A stretch of 64,000 bases of DNA from Alphaproteobacteria bacterium (GTDB lineage: Bacteria; Pseudomonadota; Alphaproteobacteria; MPNO01; UBA830). Within the stretch, counting starts at the first letter, position 1; each line of letters opens with the position of its first letter. Location of the stretch: contig OZ219791.1 in the NCBI GenBank assembly GCA_964291215.2, positions 1,888,001 to 1,952,000 on the forward strand, written 5' to 3'. This document shows positions 35,466 through 47,491 of the stretch, piece after piece. The notes under the pieces are model-generated. The model worked only from the letters and a program-made list of their open reading frames with translations. It ran no database searches and was not told the DNA's origin. The position numbers and the translations under genes were made by a program.

Positions 35466-37273
35466 CATGGAGGAAGCGAATGGAGCTGCGACACACTACG
35501 ACGATTGAGGCCGTTTTGGAACATCTGATCGCAAACGGAGCAACGGATCTGGGACGGGTCTTTGGCCAGCTCTTCGAGCTTGCGATGCAAATCGAGCGCG
35601 AACAGTACTTGAAAGCGGGCCACCGGAGCGACAGGGCTATGCCAACGGCTACAAGCGGATCGACACCCCCACTGTTGCCGTTCAGGTGCCAAAGACGGCC
35701 GGTCACGGGGACGATCCGTTCTATCCCCAGTCGCTTGAACGCGGCCAGCGATCTTCTCGCGCCGTCATGCTGGCCGTAGCCGAGATGTACATCAAGGGTG
35801 TTTCCACGCGGCAGGATGTAATGCGCGAGTTCGGGAGCCTGTCCTCTTCTCAGGTCAGCCGGGCTACTAGGTTGCTCGACGAAGAACTCGCCGCGCAACC
35901 GGCCCCTTGGGCTGATGAAATACCTGATCCTGGATGCGCACTACGAAAAAGCCCGCCATGACGGCGTTGTGCGCGATGTCGCAGTGCTCTCGGCCATCGG
36001 AATAGGGGCTGCAGGCACGTTCTGGGGCTCTCTGTGGCGCTCTCCGAGGCCGAGGTCCATTGGAGAGCCTTCCTGGAAAGCTTGCTAGCCCTGCATGGTA
36101 CGACCTTCATCGTCTCGGATGCCGGGCTGAAAGCGGCACGACGCGCGGTGCTGGGCGCGGCGATGTGGCAGCGCTGCCAGTTCCACTTGGCACAAAACGC
36201 CGTGCAGCACGCACCGAACAACGACATCAGGAAACGTATTGGAAAACAGCTCGGAGCCATGCGTCCTCACTCCAAACCGCCGAGGCTGAACTGGGCGCCC
36301 TCGTGGCCAGCTATCGCGACAAGCATCCAGGCTTCCTGGCTGGAAAACAATGCGGGGCTCGCTGTCTTCACCTTGCCCGATGCTCACCGCAAGCGCATGC
36401 GAACCTCGAACGGCATCGAGCGACCGATCCAGCAAGAGCTCAAGCGGCGCACCTCCAAAGTCAGGGTCTTTCCGAACCTCGCCTCGTTGGAGCGCCTCTC
36501 AACCGTGGTCCTCATCGACGAAAAATGGGAAACCGAAACCAAGATCAAATGGGAACAGCTCGATCAGCTTCACGACAATTTCCAGACATCAGGTTGCGTA
36601 ATCGGCGGCCATGAAGCCAAACCGCCAGGTTACGGCTCACCAGTCCGGGGCGTGCTTGAGATACGACCGAGACGAAGGCTCATTCCGGCCAGTCTCGAGA
36701 GCTCGTGCATGAGGCCGAAGAACATCCCGATCAGGACGCTGACATCAGGTAGGGAAAAACTGCGGGATCGAGTAATTCTTCGAAACCGTGTCCCCGACGG
36801 TGAAGATATCGACCATCGCGGGATCGCAGATCCCTTTCCGCTGCTATCCAGGGACAAGCGGCCCTGTGGCGGCAGCGAGGCTGCAGCAGTGCCCGGATGT
36901 CTCTTGGCCCCCGGATCGGTGTGCAATGACTGCGCGGGATGTGATCGGAGGAGTGCGTGACGGGATCACCCGTCTTATCGACATCAAAGTCGGGATCAGG
37001 ATCGCGCTCGCCGGCCGGCGTAAAGACGCGACCCCGCAGCGCGTCGTTCCCGCGCTCCCGTCACGCCTCCGCAATCACCCGCCAGATCGGCTGCGCCCGT
37101 CCCATATCTCGAGTTTGCGTCGGCTCGCGGCCGCCCAAAGGATCATTTTGTTGCGGTCAGGGCTGTGGGTCCCGGAAGCGGCCTTTTCGAGGCGTTTCGA
37201 GCTCGTCAAGATTACGCAACCTGATGTCTGGAAATTGTCGTGAAGCTCTCAGTCATTGAGCTGTTCCCATTTG

Positions 37274-38882
37274 GTAACTGCTCACCCCCTGGTTCCGGCT
37301 TGATGTCGGGGTAGAGCAACGAACGGGTTTTCGTGGAGATTTGACACTGCAGGCCGATTCGTTTAGTGGTGGTTATCGAGAACGACGGGGACCGGCAGTG
37401 AGCTACTTTGGATCGAAGGCGACGAGCGGGCTGTGCCATCGGAGGCGGCGCGCTGATGAAGCGCAAGGTCGGGCAGCGGAGTACCGGAAGATGCCGCCGG
37501 GCGAGCGCCAGGCGATGCTCGCGACGATCATGACCGTCGAGGCCGGGTGATGGCGACGGTCAACGCGGCGCGCGAGGAGTTCGAAGCGGCCAAGACCGCG
37601 GCGCTGCGTGCGGCCGGCAAGGTGCCGAAAGAGGCCGTGATCCGCGTCTTCGTCATCCTGCTCGACATCCTCATCGTCGTCCTTCTGGAGAAGACCACGC
37701 GCAAAACGAGCCGGAACTCCGGTCTGCCGCCGTCACAGACGGACAAGGACGAGAGCGTGCCGGGAGCAACGGCAAGGGCCCGAAGCCGAACCGGCAGATG
37801 GGCGACAACCTGCGTAAGACCATCGTCGAAGAGACGGTCGCGGTCGATGCCTGCGACGCCTGCGGCGCCGACATCGACGGCCCCGTCGATCGGGAGCGCC
37901 GCACGACATCGTGTTCGAGGTCGTCGAGCGCCGCGCCGAGATCAAGGAATGCCCGAAGTGCAAGGCCCGGTTCCCCGACAACATCCCGTGCAGTACGGCA
38001 TCGGCATCCAAGCCCTCGTCTCCCCCCAACCTGCTGGTCGCCCAGATGCTGTCCCTGCGCCGTGCCGTCGCGTTCGTGCAGGCGATCTCCGGCATCAAGC
38101 TCTCCGAGGCCTCGGCTATGCTTTCACGATGCGTCATGGGAGGAGGCCGCCGTGGCGCACCTCCTGCAACGCCCAACCCTGCATGTCGACGAGACCGGAT
38201 TTCGGATCAACGGCAAGTGGCTTCATGTCGTGGGACCCTGACGTGCAAGTTCCCGCACCGCAAGCGCGGCCGGGAGGCAAGAGATCGGCATCATCCCGTG
38301 CTACAAGGGCGTCCTGACTGCTGGGCCTCGTACATGGGCTATGACCAGTGTAGCCACCAGCTGTGCGGTAGCCACCTACTGCGCGAACTGACCTTTGTCG
38401 TCGAGGCTACCGCGCGACTGATGAAGAGCCTGCTCCCTGCCACAAGATCAACAAGAGCGCATCCAAAACCCTGAACGGGGCCGACCGCCGGGCCGTGCAC
38501 AAGCGCTACCGCACCATCCTCACTCAGGGTGCCAGGGAACTGCCCGACATCCCGACGAAAGGAAAACGTGGACGCATAGCAAACGCGCACAACCTGCACG
38601 AACGTCTCGTGAAACACGAAAACCTGCGCTTCATAGACGACCCCGATGTCAGCTTCACCAACAATGCCGGAGAACAGAAGATCAGGATGGCAAAGGTCAA
38701 GGTGTCCGGATGCTTCCGCTCCACGCAAAAGCATGGTGCCGGGGCTCAAGCTACCTCACCTCCATGGCCGCACTCGGCTACAATCATCACGTCGCCACCC
38801 AGATCGCCCTCGACGGAAAAGCCGCAGACATCATCAACGAGCACCACGACCAATCAGAACCCAACTAGGGGTGAGTAGATAC
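37274..38882 (+). mobile_element. Degenerate IS66-family element, copy 3
   Basis: Same ends; perfect 8-bp TSD cccatttg; LHVDETG motif. Confidence 0.92.
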
Positions 38883-40008
38883 CCCATTTGATGTATGCCT
38901 TGGTTTCGGTTTCCCATTTTTCGTCGATGAGGACCGCGGTTGAGAGGCGCTCCAACGAGGCGAGGTTTGGAAAGACCCTGACTTTGGAGGTGCGCCGCTT
39001 GAGCTCTTGCTGGATCGGTCGCTCGATACCGTTCGAGGTTCGCATGCGCTTGCGGTGAGCATCGGGCAAGGTGAAGACAGCGAGCCCCGCATTGTTTTCC
39101 AGCCAGGAAGCCTGGATGCTTGTCGCGATAGCTGGCCACGAGGGCGCCCAGTTCAGCCTCGGCGGTTTGGAGTGAGGACGCATGGCTCCGAGCTGTTTTC
39201 CAATACGTTTCCTGATGTCATTGTTCGGTGCACGGCGTTTTGTGCCAAGTGGAACTGGCAGTGCTGCCACATCGCCGCGCCCAGCACCGTGCCGCTTTCA
39301 GCCCGGCATCCGAGACGATGAAGGTCGTACCATGCAGGGCTAGCAAGCTTTCCAGGAAGGCTCTCCAATGGACCTCGGCCTCGGAGAGCGCCACAGAGAG
39401 CCCCAGAACGTGCCTGCAGCCCCTATTCCGATGGCCGAGAGCACTGCAACATCGCGCACAACGCCGTCATGGCGGGCTTTTTCGTAGCGCGCATCCAGGA
39501 TCAGGTATTTCATCAGGGGCCGGTTGCGCGGCGAGTTCTTCATCGAGCAACCTGGTGGCCCGGCTGACCTGAGAAGAGGACAGGCTCCCGAACTCGCGCA
39601 TTACATCCTGCCGCGTGGAAACACCCTTGATGTACATCTCGGCTACGGCGCGAGAAGATCGCTGGCCGCGTTCAAGCGACTGGGGATAGAACGGATCGTC
39701 CCCGTGACCGGCCGTCTTTGGCACCTGAACGGTAACAGTGGGGGTGTCGATCCGCTTGTAGCCGTTGGCATAGCCCTGTCGTTCCGGTGTCCGGTGGCCC
39801 GCTTTCAAGTGCTGCTCGCGCTCGATTTGCATCGCAAGCTCGAAGAGCTGACCAAAGATCCGCCCCAGATCCGTTGCTCCGTTTGCGATCAGATGTTCCA
39901 AAACGGCCTCAATCGTCGTAGTGTGTCGCAGGTCCATTCGCTTCCTCCATGAATGTTTTACAACTCCATGGGATAGCACGATGGCGCTGCGTTTCACTGG
40001 GGGGCTAG

Positions 40009-42007
40009 CCCTGCCGTGTCATGACAAATCTGGTTGACAATGGTTTACGTGTTCACGCGTGTCTTTGTCCATCCCGGAACCCGATTTCCCGGCCGATTTG
40101 GTGACCCAGTGCGGCGCTGGTGTGTCTGGCCACATGATCTGGTGACCCGGGCGTGCTGCGGTAGCCGCCGAGATGGGCGACCAGGTGCACCGCATCGGCG
40201 AGACGCTCCGGTTCCTTCAGGGCGTACTTGTGTGCGTAGTCGCGCAGGAAGGCGAGTTCGCTGTCGGTGAACATCAGCTGCGGCTCGCACCTGGCGGCCG
40301 AGCAGGGTCATGACCATGATGCGCGATGACGGCGTTGATCGCCCGCTGCAGGCGGTGCGGAACAGCAGGTGTTCCACCCTGCATCCGGATTTGAGCACGT
40401 AATCCTCGATTCGCCAGCGCTGAAGGTAGAAGCCGACGATGTCGGCCGCCTCCTTCGCCAACCCGCACGGTGGTCAGCAGGCACCGGGATCCTCACCCTC
40501 GGGCGCTCCCTGACCCCGTGCAGGGACACCGGCTTCGCGCTGGGGGCGGTGCCCGTCACGGGCAGCGTGACGGACCGCAACTCGCCAGGCGCTTCTGTCG
40601 CGCGAGCCTTCTTCCGGCTGGCTTGCTCCGTCAGTCCCTCGATCTCAATCAGGCCGCCGGCCATGACGGCGAACAGCCTTCCCTCCTTCAGCACCCTGTC
40701 ATGCTTGGCGCGCAGATCGACGCGGGGCAAGCGCGTGTCGAACAGCTCGAAGATGTCGGCTTCCCGACGGAGATGACGCGCGTCTTGCCGCCGGGGTGGC
40801 AGCGCCTTGAACCCCTCGAGCTGCGGCGTGTCTCCTGCGACCGGGGCTTCACCGGACCCAGCACCCCGAGTGGCAGGTCAGTCACCGCCAGGGTCGCGTG
40901 CAGGCTTGAGGCCCCGGTCTGGTTCTCACCTGCAGGCCGTCGCAGCCGGGAGAAGTTCAGGTCCGTGCCGCAAGAACCGTCTTCTGGCCACGGATGCGCC
41001 GGATGCTGCCGGTGCGGCGCAAGAATGTTCGCCGGCGTGATCTCCGATTCGACGGGCGACCATCCGGTAAAACGCATTGATCGCGGTGTTGTCGGCGCTG
41101 GGAGACGCATTGATCTTCTGACCGGCCGCCAGAAGGCCGGCGCTCCAGGCGCGCAGAAAGTCGCTTGTCACCCCCCTCCAAACTCGTTCTGCGCCCAGTC
41201 GTTCAGACCTTCGCCCGGCGAGGGCGCATGATCGACCTCCCCAGCTTCCTGCGCGCTCCAGTTCGGCCACGAAGACCGTCTTCACCGTCTCCCAGTCCTG
41301 CCGGCCTTCGGTCCTGCACAGGAAGTTGGCCGCGCGCAGGCAGGGTAACCTTCATCGGCAAAACTGAGCCATGGTCGAAACGGTCCTCGAAGTCACGCGG
41401 CGCAGGATGCGCACATGGCTGGCTAGATGCGGGCAGAGCACCTGATCAAGAAACGGCTCAGACAGACGATCCGCTGCAGGTGGTTCCGGCGCTGCCCGTC
41501 GTTCCATCCAGCGGTCCCGCGCCGCGCAGCGGCGGCAAACCCCGCCACCCGTGCGCCGAGCCCACGAGATATTGGCAGCCGGCGAAGGTCGTCGCGGGTG
41601 TTCACGCGCAATCAGCGTGACCGCTCGGTCAATACGATCCCCGACCACGATGATCTCGAGATCCCGAATGCGCGCGCCGGAACCTCTGCAGCGATATCAT
41701 CCACCAACAGGCGAGGCCGGCGGTCGATTGTCGGTGACTTCGGCACCGGCAGGACGATCTCCGGGCGCCCTCAGCGCCTTCATGCAGCCGGCAAGCTGCA
41801 GACGGCCGCGCGCGTCGACAAAGGCAAACTCCTCGCAGACGACCCAGAGCCGACCGGCTGTCGAACTGCTCACAGGACAGCAGCGACGCGATCCGCGCAA
41901 CTGCTGCCTCGTCCCGCAATGTGCGGCTGATCTGAGACTGTGACATGGGACACTTATGCCACGCCGAAACACCGTTGTCCAGCTAAAATTTCCGTGACAT
42001 GCGAGGG
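40009..42007 (-). mobile_element. Degenerate DUF4338-IS4 element, copy B (both ends present)
   Basis: IRs ccctgccgtgtcatgac / gtgacatgcgaggg; CTAG on both sides. Confidence 0.88.
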
Positions 42008-42231
42008 CTAGCCCCCCCCCCCCAGTGAAACGCCTCAAAGCGCAAACCTCAGACAAATTTCCAGACATCAAGTTACAGTACCCTCGTCGTCCCAATGGCG
42101 CTTTCGGATCCTGCCGGCACGGGCGAGACCGTTTTTCCGGCTCGCCGGACAACAAAAAGAATCCTGTGTCCACTCGACAATTGAAAGGACTTGGCCGATT
42201 ATCGGCACACCATCTGGCTCAGGAGGCTTAC

Positions 42232-42885
42232 ATGGCTACAACCCTGCGCGAACGCTACGTTCCCAAGAGTGTGAACCCGATGCGGATGGATCGGCCCGGC
42301 ACCGTCACGTCGATGCCGTCGCCGAACCGGATGCACCACCTGCACATCTTTTCCGATGAGAACTACGACGCGATGGTCACGTTCTACCAGCGGCTGTTCA
42401 ACGCCGAGATCGTCGCCGTCAACGAGGAGATGGGGCCGCCGCTGACCTTTCTAACCTATGATGATCACGACCACCGGGTCGTCATCATCAAGAAGCCGGG
42501 CTGGGGCGCCAAGCCCGAAAACAAGGTTGGCGTTTCTCATCTCGCGTTCTGCTATGCGAGCTTGGGCGAGTTGATCTACGTCTACAAGCGGATGAAGGAG
42601 TGGGGCTACCCGCCGCCCCATTGGACCGTGAACCACGGCAATTCGACCTCGTTCTATTACACGGATCCCGACGGCAACGAGGTTGAGACCATGCTCGACA
42701 ACTACTCCACCCTCGATACCCAGACCTACAAGCGCTACTACCAGTTCACCGAGGAGTTCGGGCCCATGAGGGAAGGGAATTTCGACCCCGACAAGATGGT
42801 CGAACTTTACGAGTCGGGCGTACCGGAATCCATTCTTCTGGACCGCGAGGAAGTCCGCCGCATGGTCCGCGAAGGAACCCTCTGA
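42232..42885 (+). CDS. VOC (glyoxalase/extradiol dioxygenase-like) family protein
   Basis: FLTYDDHDHRV, HLAF, NHGNSTSFYYTDPDGNEVE; RBS aggagg. Confidence 0.85.
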   Translation: MATTLRERYVPKSVNPMRMDRPGTVTSMPSPNRMHHLHIFSDENYDAMVTFYQRLFNAEIVAVNEEMGPPLTFLTYDDHDHRVVIIKKPGWGAKPENKVGVSHLAFCYASLGELIYVYKRMKEWGYPPPHWTVNHGNSTSFYYTDPDGNEVETMLDNYSTLDTQTYKRYYQFTEEFGPMREGNFDPDKMVELYESGVPESILLDREEVRRMVREGTL

Positions 42886-42886
42886 C

Positions 42887-43681
42887 TCAGGTAATCGAGC
42901 GGGAGGCGTCGGCTTCCGCCGCCAGCGCCTCCTCGCGGACGAGTTGCCAGATACCATCGACTCGATCGAGGAATCCTGTGTCCTTCGACAGTGTATCAAG
43001 ATTGGAGCGGTTGAAGCGGGTCTCGACAATTTGCTTGATCCGACCGGGGCGGGCGGTCATGACCGCGACCCGGTCGGCGAGCAGCACCGCCTCGCGCACA
43101 TCGTGGGTGACGAACACGACGGTCTTGGGCGAACGCCGCCAAATCGACAGCAGCTCCTCCTGCATGATGTGACGGGTCTGCGCGTCGAGCGCACCGAACG
43201 GTTCATCCATCAACAGGACGTCTGGGTCGATCGCGAGCGTGCGCGCGATGGCGACCCGTTGCTTCATGCCGCCCGAAAGCTGAGAGGGAAAGGCGTCCTC
43301 GAAGCCGGTGAGATGCACCAGGTCGATATATTCCTGCGCGATCCGCAGGCGTTCGTCCTTGGCCAAGCGTTGCTTTTCCAGCCCGTAGAGGACGTTGTCG
43401 AGGACCGATTTCCAGGGAAAAAGCGCGAAGTGCTGAAAGACGATGCCCCGGTCTGCCCCGGGCCCGGTGACATCGTTGCCGTTCACCGAGATTCCCCCGT
43501 CCTGCAGCGGCAGGAAGCCGCCCAGCAGGTAGAGCAGGGTGCTCTTGCCGCAGCCGCTCGGGCCGAGAAGCGCCAGGAACTCCCGGTCCCCGATGTCGAG
43601 CGAGATACGATCCAGCGCCAGAACCGGGCGGCCGCGTGCGGGCCGGTACTGGTGGACCACCGAGTCGATAGCTATGCCCAT
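42887..43681 (-). CDS. NitT/TauT-family ABC ATP-binding protein
   Basis: GPSGCGKST, LSGGMKQR, MDEPFGALDAQTR. Confidence 0.93.
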   Translation of the reverse strand: MGIAIDSVVHQYRPARGRPVLALDRISLDIGDREFLALLGPSGCGKSTLLYLLGGFLPLQDGGISVNGNDVTGPGADRGIVFQHFALFPWKSVLDNVLYGLEKQRLAKDERLRIAQEYIDLVHLTGFEDAFPSQLSGGMKQRVAIARTLAIDPDVLLMDEPFGALDAQTRHIMQEELLSIWRRSPKTVVFVTHDVREAVLLADRVAVMTARPGRIKQIVETRFNRSNLDTLSKDTGFLDRVDGIWQLVREEALAAEADASRSIT

Positions 43682-43688
43682 GGCCGGC

Positions 43689-44990
43689 CTACAACTCGAT
43701 CAGGTCCATCGCGTCGGGGGTCAGGATGCGCGGCCCCTCCTCCTCGACGACCACCTGCGGGCCGAATTCGACATAGATCCTGTCGTCCTTGGCTGCCTTC
43801 ACCTCGACCGCAACCGCCATGCCCGCCTGCACCGCGAGTTCGCCGGGCGGCTTGCGGTCGACGGCGAACGCGGCGAACTCTTCCAGGTCGGACACCGACC
43901 GGTTGGTCATCGGCCTCCGCCACGGCGCATCCTGTGGCACGTCGCCGCGCACCAGCGCGGTTGCCGGGCCCTCGATGCCGTCGATCCCGACGCAGTGGAG
44001 TTGCGGGATCTCGTGGTAGTAGCCCCGGGAGACGATCGGCCTGTCGACCTCGGCGTCGAGCTCCGACCACGGCGTGCCGGGCTTGAGCAGCGCCATCGCG
44101 CGGTCGGTTGCCTCGCGCACGGCCTCGCGCATCGGCTTGTACTCGTCTTCCAGCGGGCCCAGAGAAATCGCGATATGCGGATGGCTCCAGTAGCCGCCGA
44201 AGCGCGTGTAGTGGCCAACATGCACGACATCGCCGGTGCGCATGATCCGGTCCGTCATCCGCCGGTTGACTGGATAGCCTTCGTTTCCTGAGCACAGGAT
44301 GGTGAAGTGGTCGCGTCCGACCTCGTTGCCGGCCTTGAGCGAAGCGTACATGACCTCCGCGATCAGCTCCGACTCCCGGATGCCGGGCCTCGCATGCGCC
44401 ATGACCGCGTCGATCTCGACATTGGCGATCTCGGACGCCTTCTCGATGAAGGCGATCTCCTCGGAACTCTTGATCATGCGCAGCCGCATGATCAGATCCG
44501 AGGCATCCTTGAACGTCGCATCGGGGAGAAACGACTCGAGCGCCCGGTAGCTCATATACGGAATAGAGCCCTCCGGGTTGAGGCCTCCGCCGACTAGGCC
44601 GACGACGCCGATGATTCCGCTGCCATAGCCGAGTTCGGCGATCGTCTCGGCCGCCACCGGCGTCGTGTTGCCATGGGTTGCACGGAACTCGACACCCTCC
44701 CAGCCGTTCTCCAAGTACCACTTGCCCCAGTTGTCGAGCAGCCACAACAGGACCGGGTTGCCCTTGCGCGGAAAGATCAGGTGACGCTCGATATGGTCGT
44801 TGTTGTCGAGCCAGCGGCAATTGCCGACCTCGTTCCACCCCTTGCCGACGACGAACAGGCAGTCGATGCCGCACTCTTCCATCGCTTGGCGGGCGGCCTT
44901 CCAGCGGCGGTCGCGCTCGGCCAGGGTGAACGCGTTGTGCGGGTTGGCGGTGCGGCCTTCGCGGGGGATGAATCGCGGATCGGCTACCAT
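43689..44990 (-). CDS. M24 / creatinase-like (pita-bread fold) hydrolase
   Basis: ERDRRW N-terminus, LRMIKSSEEIA, RPGIRE, GGYWS, VVVEEEGPRIL. Confidence 0.8.
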   Translation of the reverse strand: MVADPRFIPREGRTANPHNAFTLAERDRRWKAARQAMEECGIDCLFVVGKGWNEVGNCRWLDNNDHIERHLIFPRKGNPVLLWLLDNWGKWYLENGWEGVEFRATHGNTTPVAAETIAELGYGSGIIGVVGLVGGGLNPEGSIPYMSYRALESFLPDATFKDASDLIMRLRMIKSSEEIAFIEKASEIANVEIDAVMAHARPGIRESELIAEVMYASLKAGNEVGRDHFTILCSGNEGYPVNRRMTDRIMRTGDVVHVGHYTRFGGYWSHPHIAISLGPLEDEYKPMREAVREATDRAMALLKPGTPWSELDAEVDRPIVSRGYYHEIPQLHCVGIDGIEGPATALVRGDVPQDAPWRRPMTNRSVSDLEEFAAFAVDRKPPGELAVQAGMAVAVEVKAAKDDRIYVEFGPQVVVEEEGPRILTPDAMDLIEL

Positions 44991-45985
44991 TGCCAGCCGC
45001 CTTTCTTTGGTAATTCCTGAACGACGCGGTTGCGCATGACGCCGACCCCCTCGACCTCGGACTCGATCACGTCGCCGTCTTCGAGGAACCAGGACGGCTC
45101 GTCCTTGCGCCCCATGGCAACTCCCTCAGGGGTTCCGGTGGTGATCAGGTCGCCCGGCTCCAGCGTCATCTGCGACAGGAACGCGATTAGTTTCGGGATC
45201 GGCCAGATCATCCGCTCGGTGCGGCTGTCCTGGCGGGTCTCGCCGTTGATCCGGGTGCGGATCGCAAGATCCATCGGATCGGCGATCTCGTCGCGGGTGA
45301 CGATCCAGGGCCCGGACGGCGCGAAGCAGTCGAACATCTTGCCCAGCATCTGGTTGCCTTCCGCCCGTTCGCGCCGGACCACATCGCGGGCGGAGATGTC
45401 GTTGACAACCGTGTAGCCGGCGATCACGTCATAGGCGCGGTCCTCCGGAACGTCGCGGCAGCGCTTGCCGATCACCAAGGTGAGCTCGGTCTCGTAGTCG
45501 AGCTCGTTGACGACGATCGGCTTGACCACATCGTCGAACGGTCCGATCAGCGACGAGGTCGCCTTTATCCAGGACGACGGGATCGACATGGGCAGACTGG
45601 TTCCGGCCTCGTTGAGATGGGCGAGATAATTGCGCCCGACCGCGATAATCTTCTTCGGCACGGCCGGTGCGCCGAGACGGATCTCGGCCAGCGGCACGAA
45701 GAGCGGTTCTCCGTCGGGGCCGCGGGCGTCCCGCTCCGCTCCGGACAGCCAGTCGGAAGCCGCGGCCAGCGCGTCGCGCCCCGCCTCTCCGATCGCGAGA
45801 TGCTTGGCCCAGTTGCTGGGAAAGCGCAGGGCCGCGATCTCGCGGCCCTGCGGGTCGCCCTGTCGTTCAATCAGGAAGGCGGCGTATGCCGCCCGCACAT
45901 CGCCGACCAGATCGTCCACCACAAGGAGACCGGGCCGTCCGGCATCGGGGGATGCGCCTTCGCGCGCATAGGACACCAGCTTCAT
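44984..45985 (-). CDS. Fumarylacetoacetate hydrolase family protein
   Basis: VGRNY..H, DYETEL, NDISARD, GK.FD, LEPGDLITTGTPEGV; RBS aaggagg. Confidence 0.92.
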   Translation of the reverse strand: MKLVSYAREGASPDAGRPGLLVVDDLVGDVRAAYAAFLIERQGDPQGREIAALRFPSNWAKHLAIGEAGRDALAAASDWLSGAERDARGPDGEPLFVPLAEIRLGAPAVPKKIIAVGRNYLAHLNEAGTSLPMSIPSSWIKATSSLIGPFDDVVKPIVVNELDYETELTLVIGKRCRDVPEDRAYDVIAGYTVVNDISARDVVRRERAEGNQMLGKMFDCFAPSGPWIVTRDEIADPMDLAIRTRINGETRQDSRTERMIWPIPKLIAFLSQMTLEPGDLITTGTPEGVAMGRKDEPSWFLEDGDVIESEVEGVGVMRNRVVQELPKKGGWQW

Positions 45986-46261
45986 GAACAATCCTCCTTG
46001 ATTTCCTCGCCCGCAATGTGATCATGACGGGCAGCGCAACGCAACGCCGCCCCTTGGTCAGGACTTTCCTGCGCTGCATTCGATCTTGCCGACTGCTGAT
46101 GGAGGGAGGTTGCACAGGCCCAACCCTGCCGGGTTTTCTGGCCTCGGGGCCGTCCACGGGTCGCCACAGCCGGAAAACCCGGCAAGAATACAGAAATTTG
46201 TGCCCCGTTCAGCGGTCATTCAAGACATCAAACACAGCGGGGGAAAGTCTTGGCCCCCTAG

Positions 46262-47491
<1,230 letters not shown>

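Larger units (their letters stand above)
30210..36603 (+). mobile_element. Degenerate IS256 copy A, interrupted by IS4 and two IS66 copies
   Basis: IRs gatactgtaacttgatgtctggaaatt / aatttccagacatcaggttgcgtaatc; transposase remnant 35480-36580 (EMYIKGVSTR, WQRCQFH, RTSNGIER..QELKRRT). Confidence 0.9.
37210..42082 (-). mobile_element. Degenerate IS256 copy B, inverted relative to copy A, interrupted by IS66 and IS4
   Basis: Same IRs as copy A; transposase remnant 38883-39940; possible degraded TSD ctcgtcaa / ctcgtcgt. Confidence 0.9.

Noticed and set aside
30210-42082. Composite transposon bounded by inverted IS256 copies
   Set aside because: No shared outer TSD, copy B has its own partial TSD, and no cargo gene was recognised.
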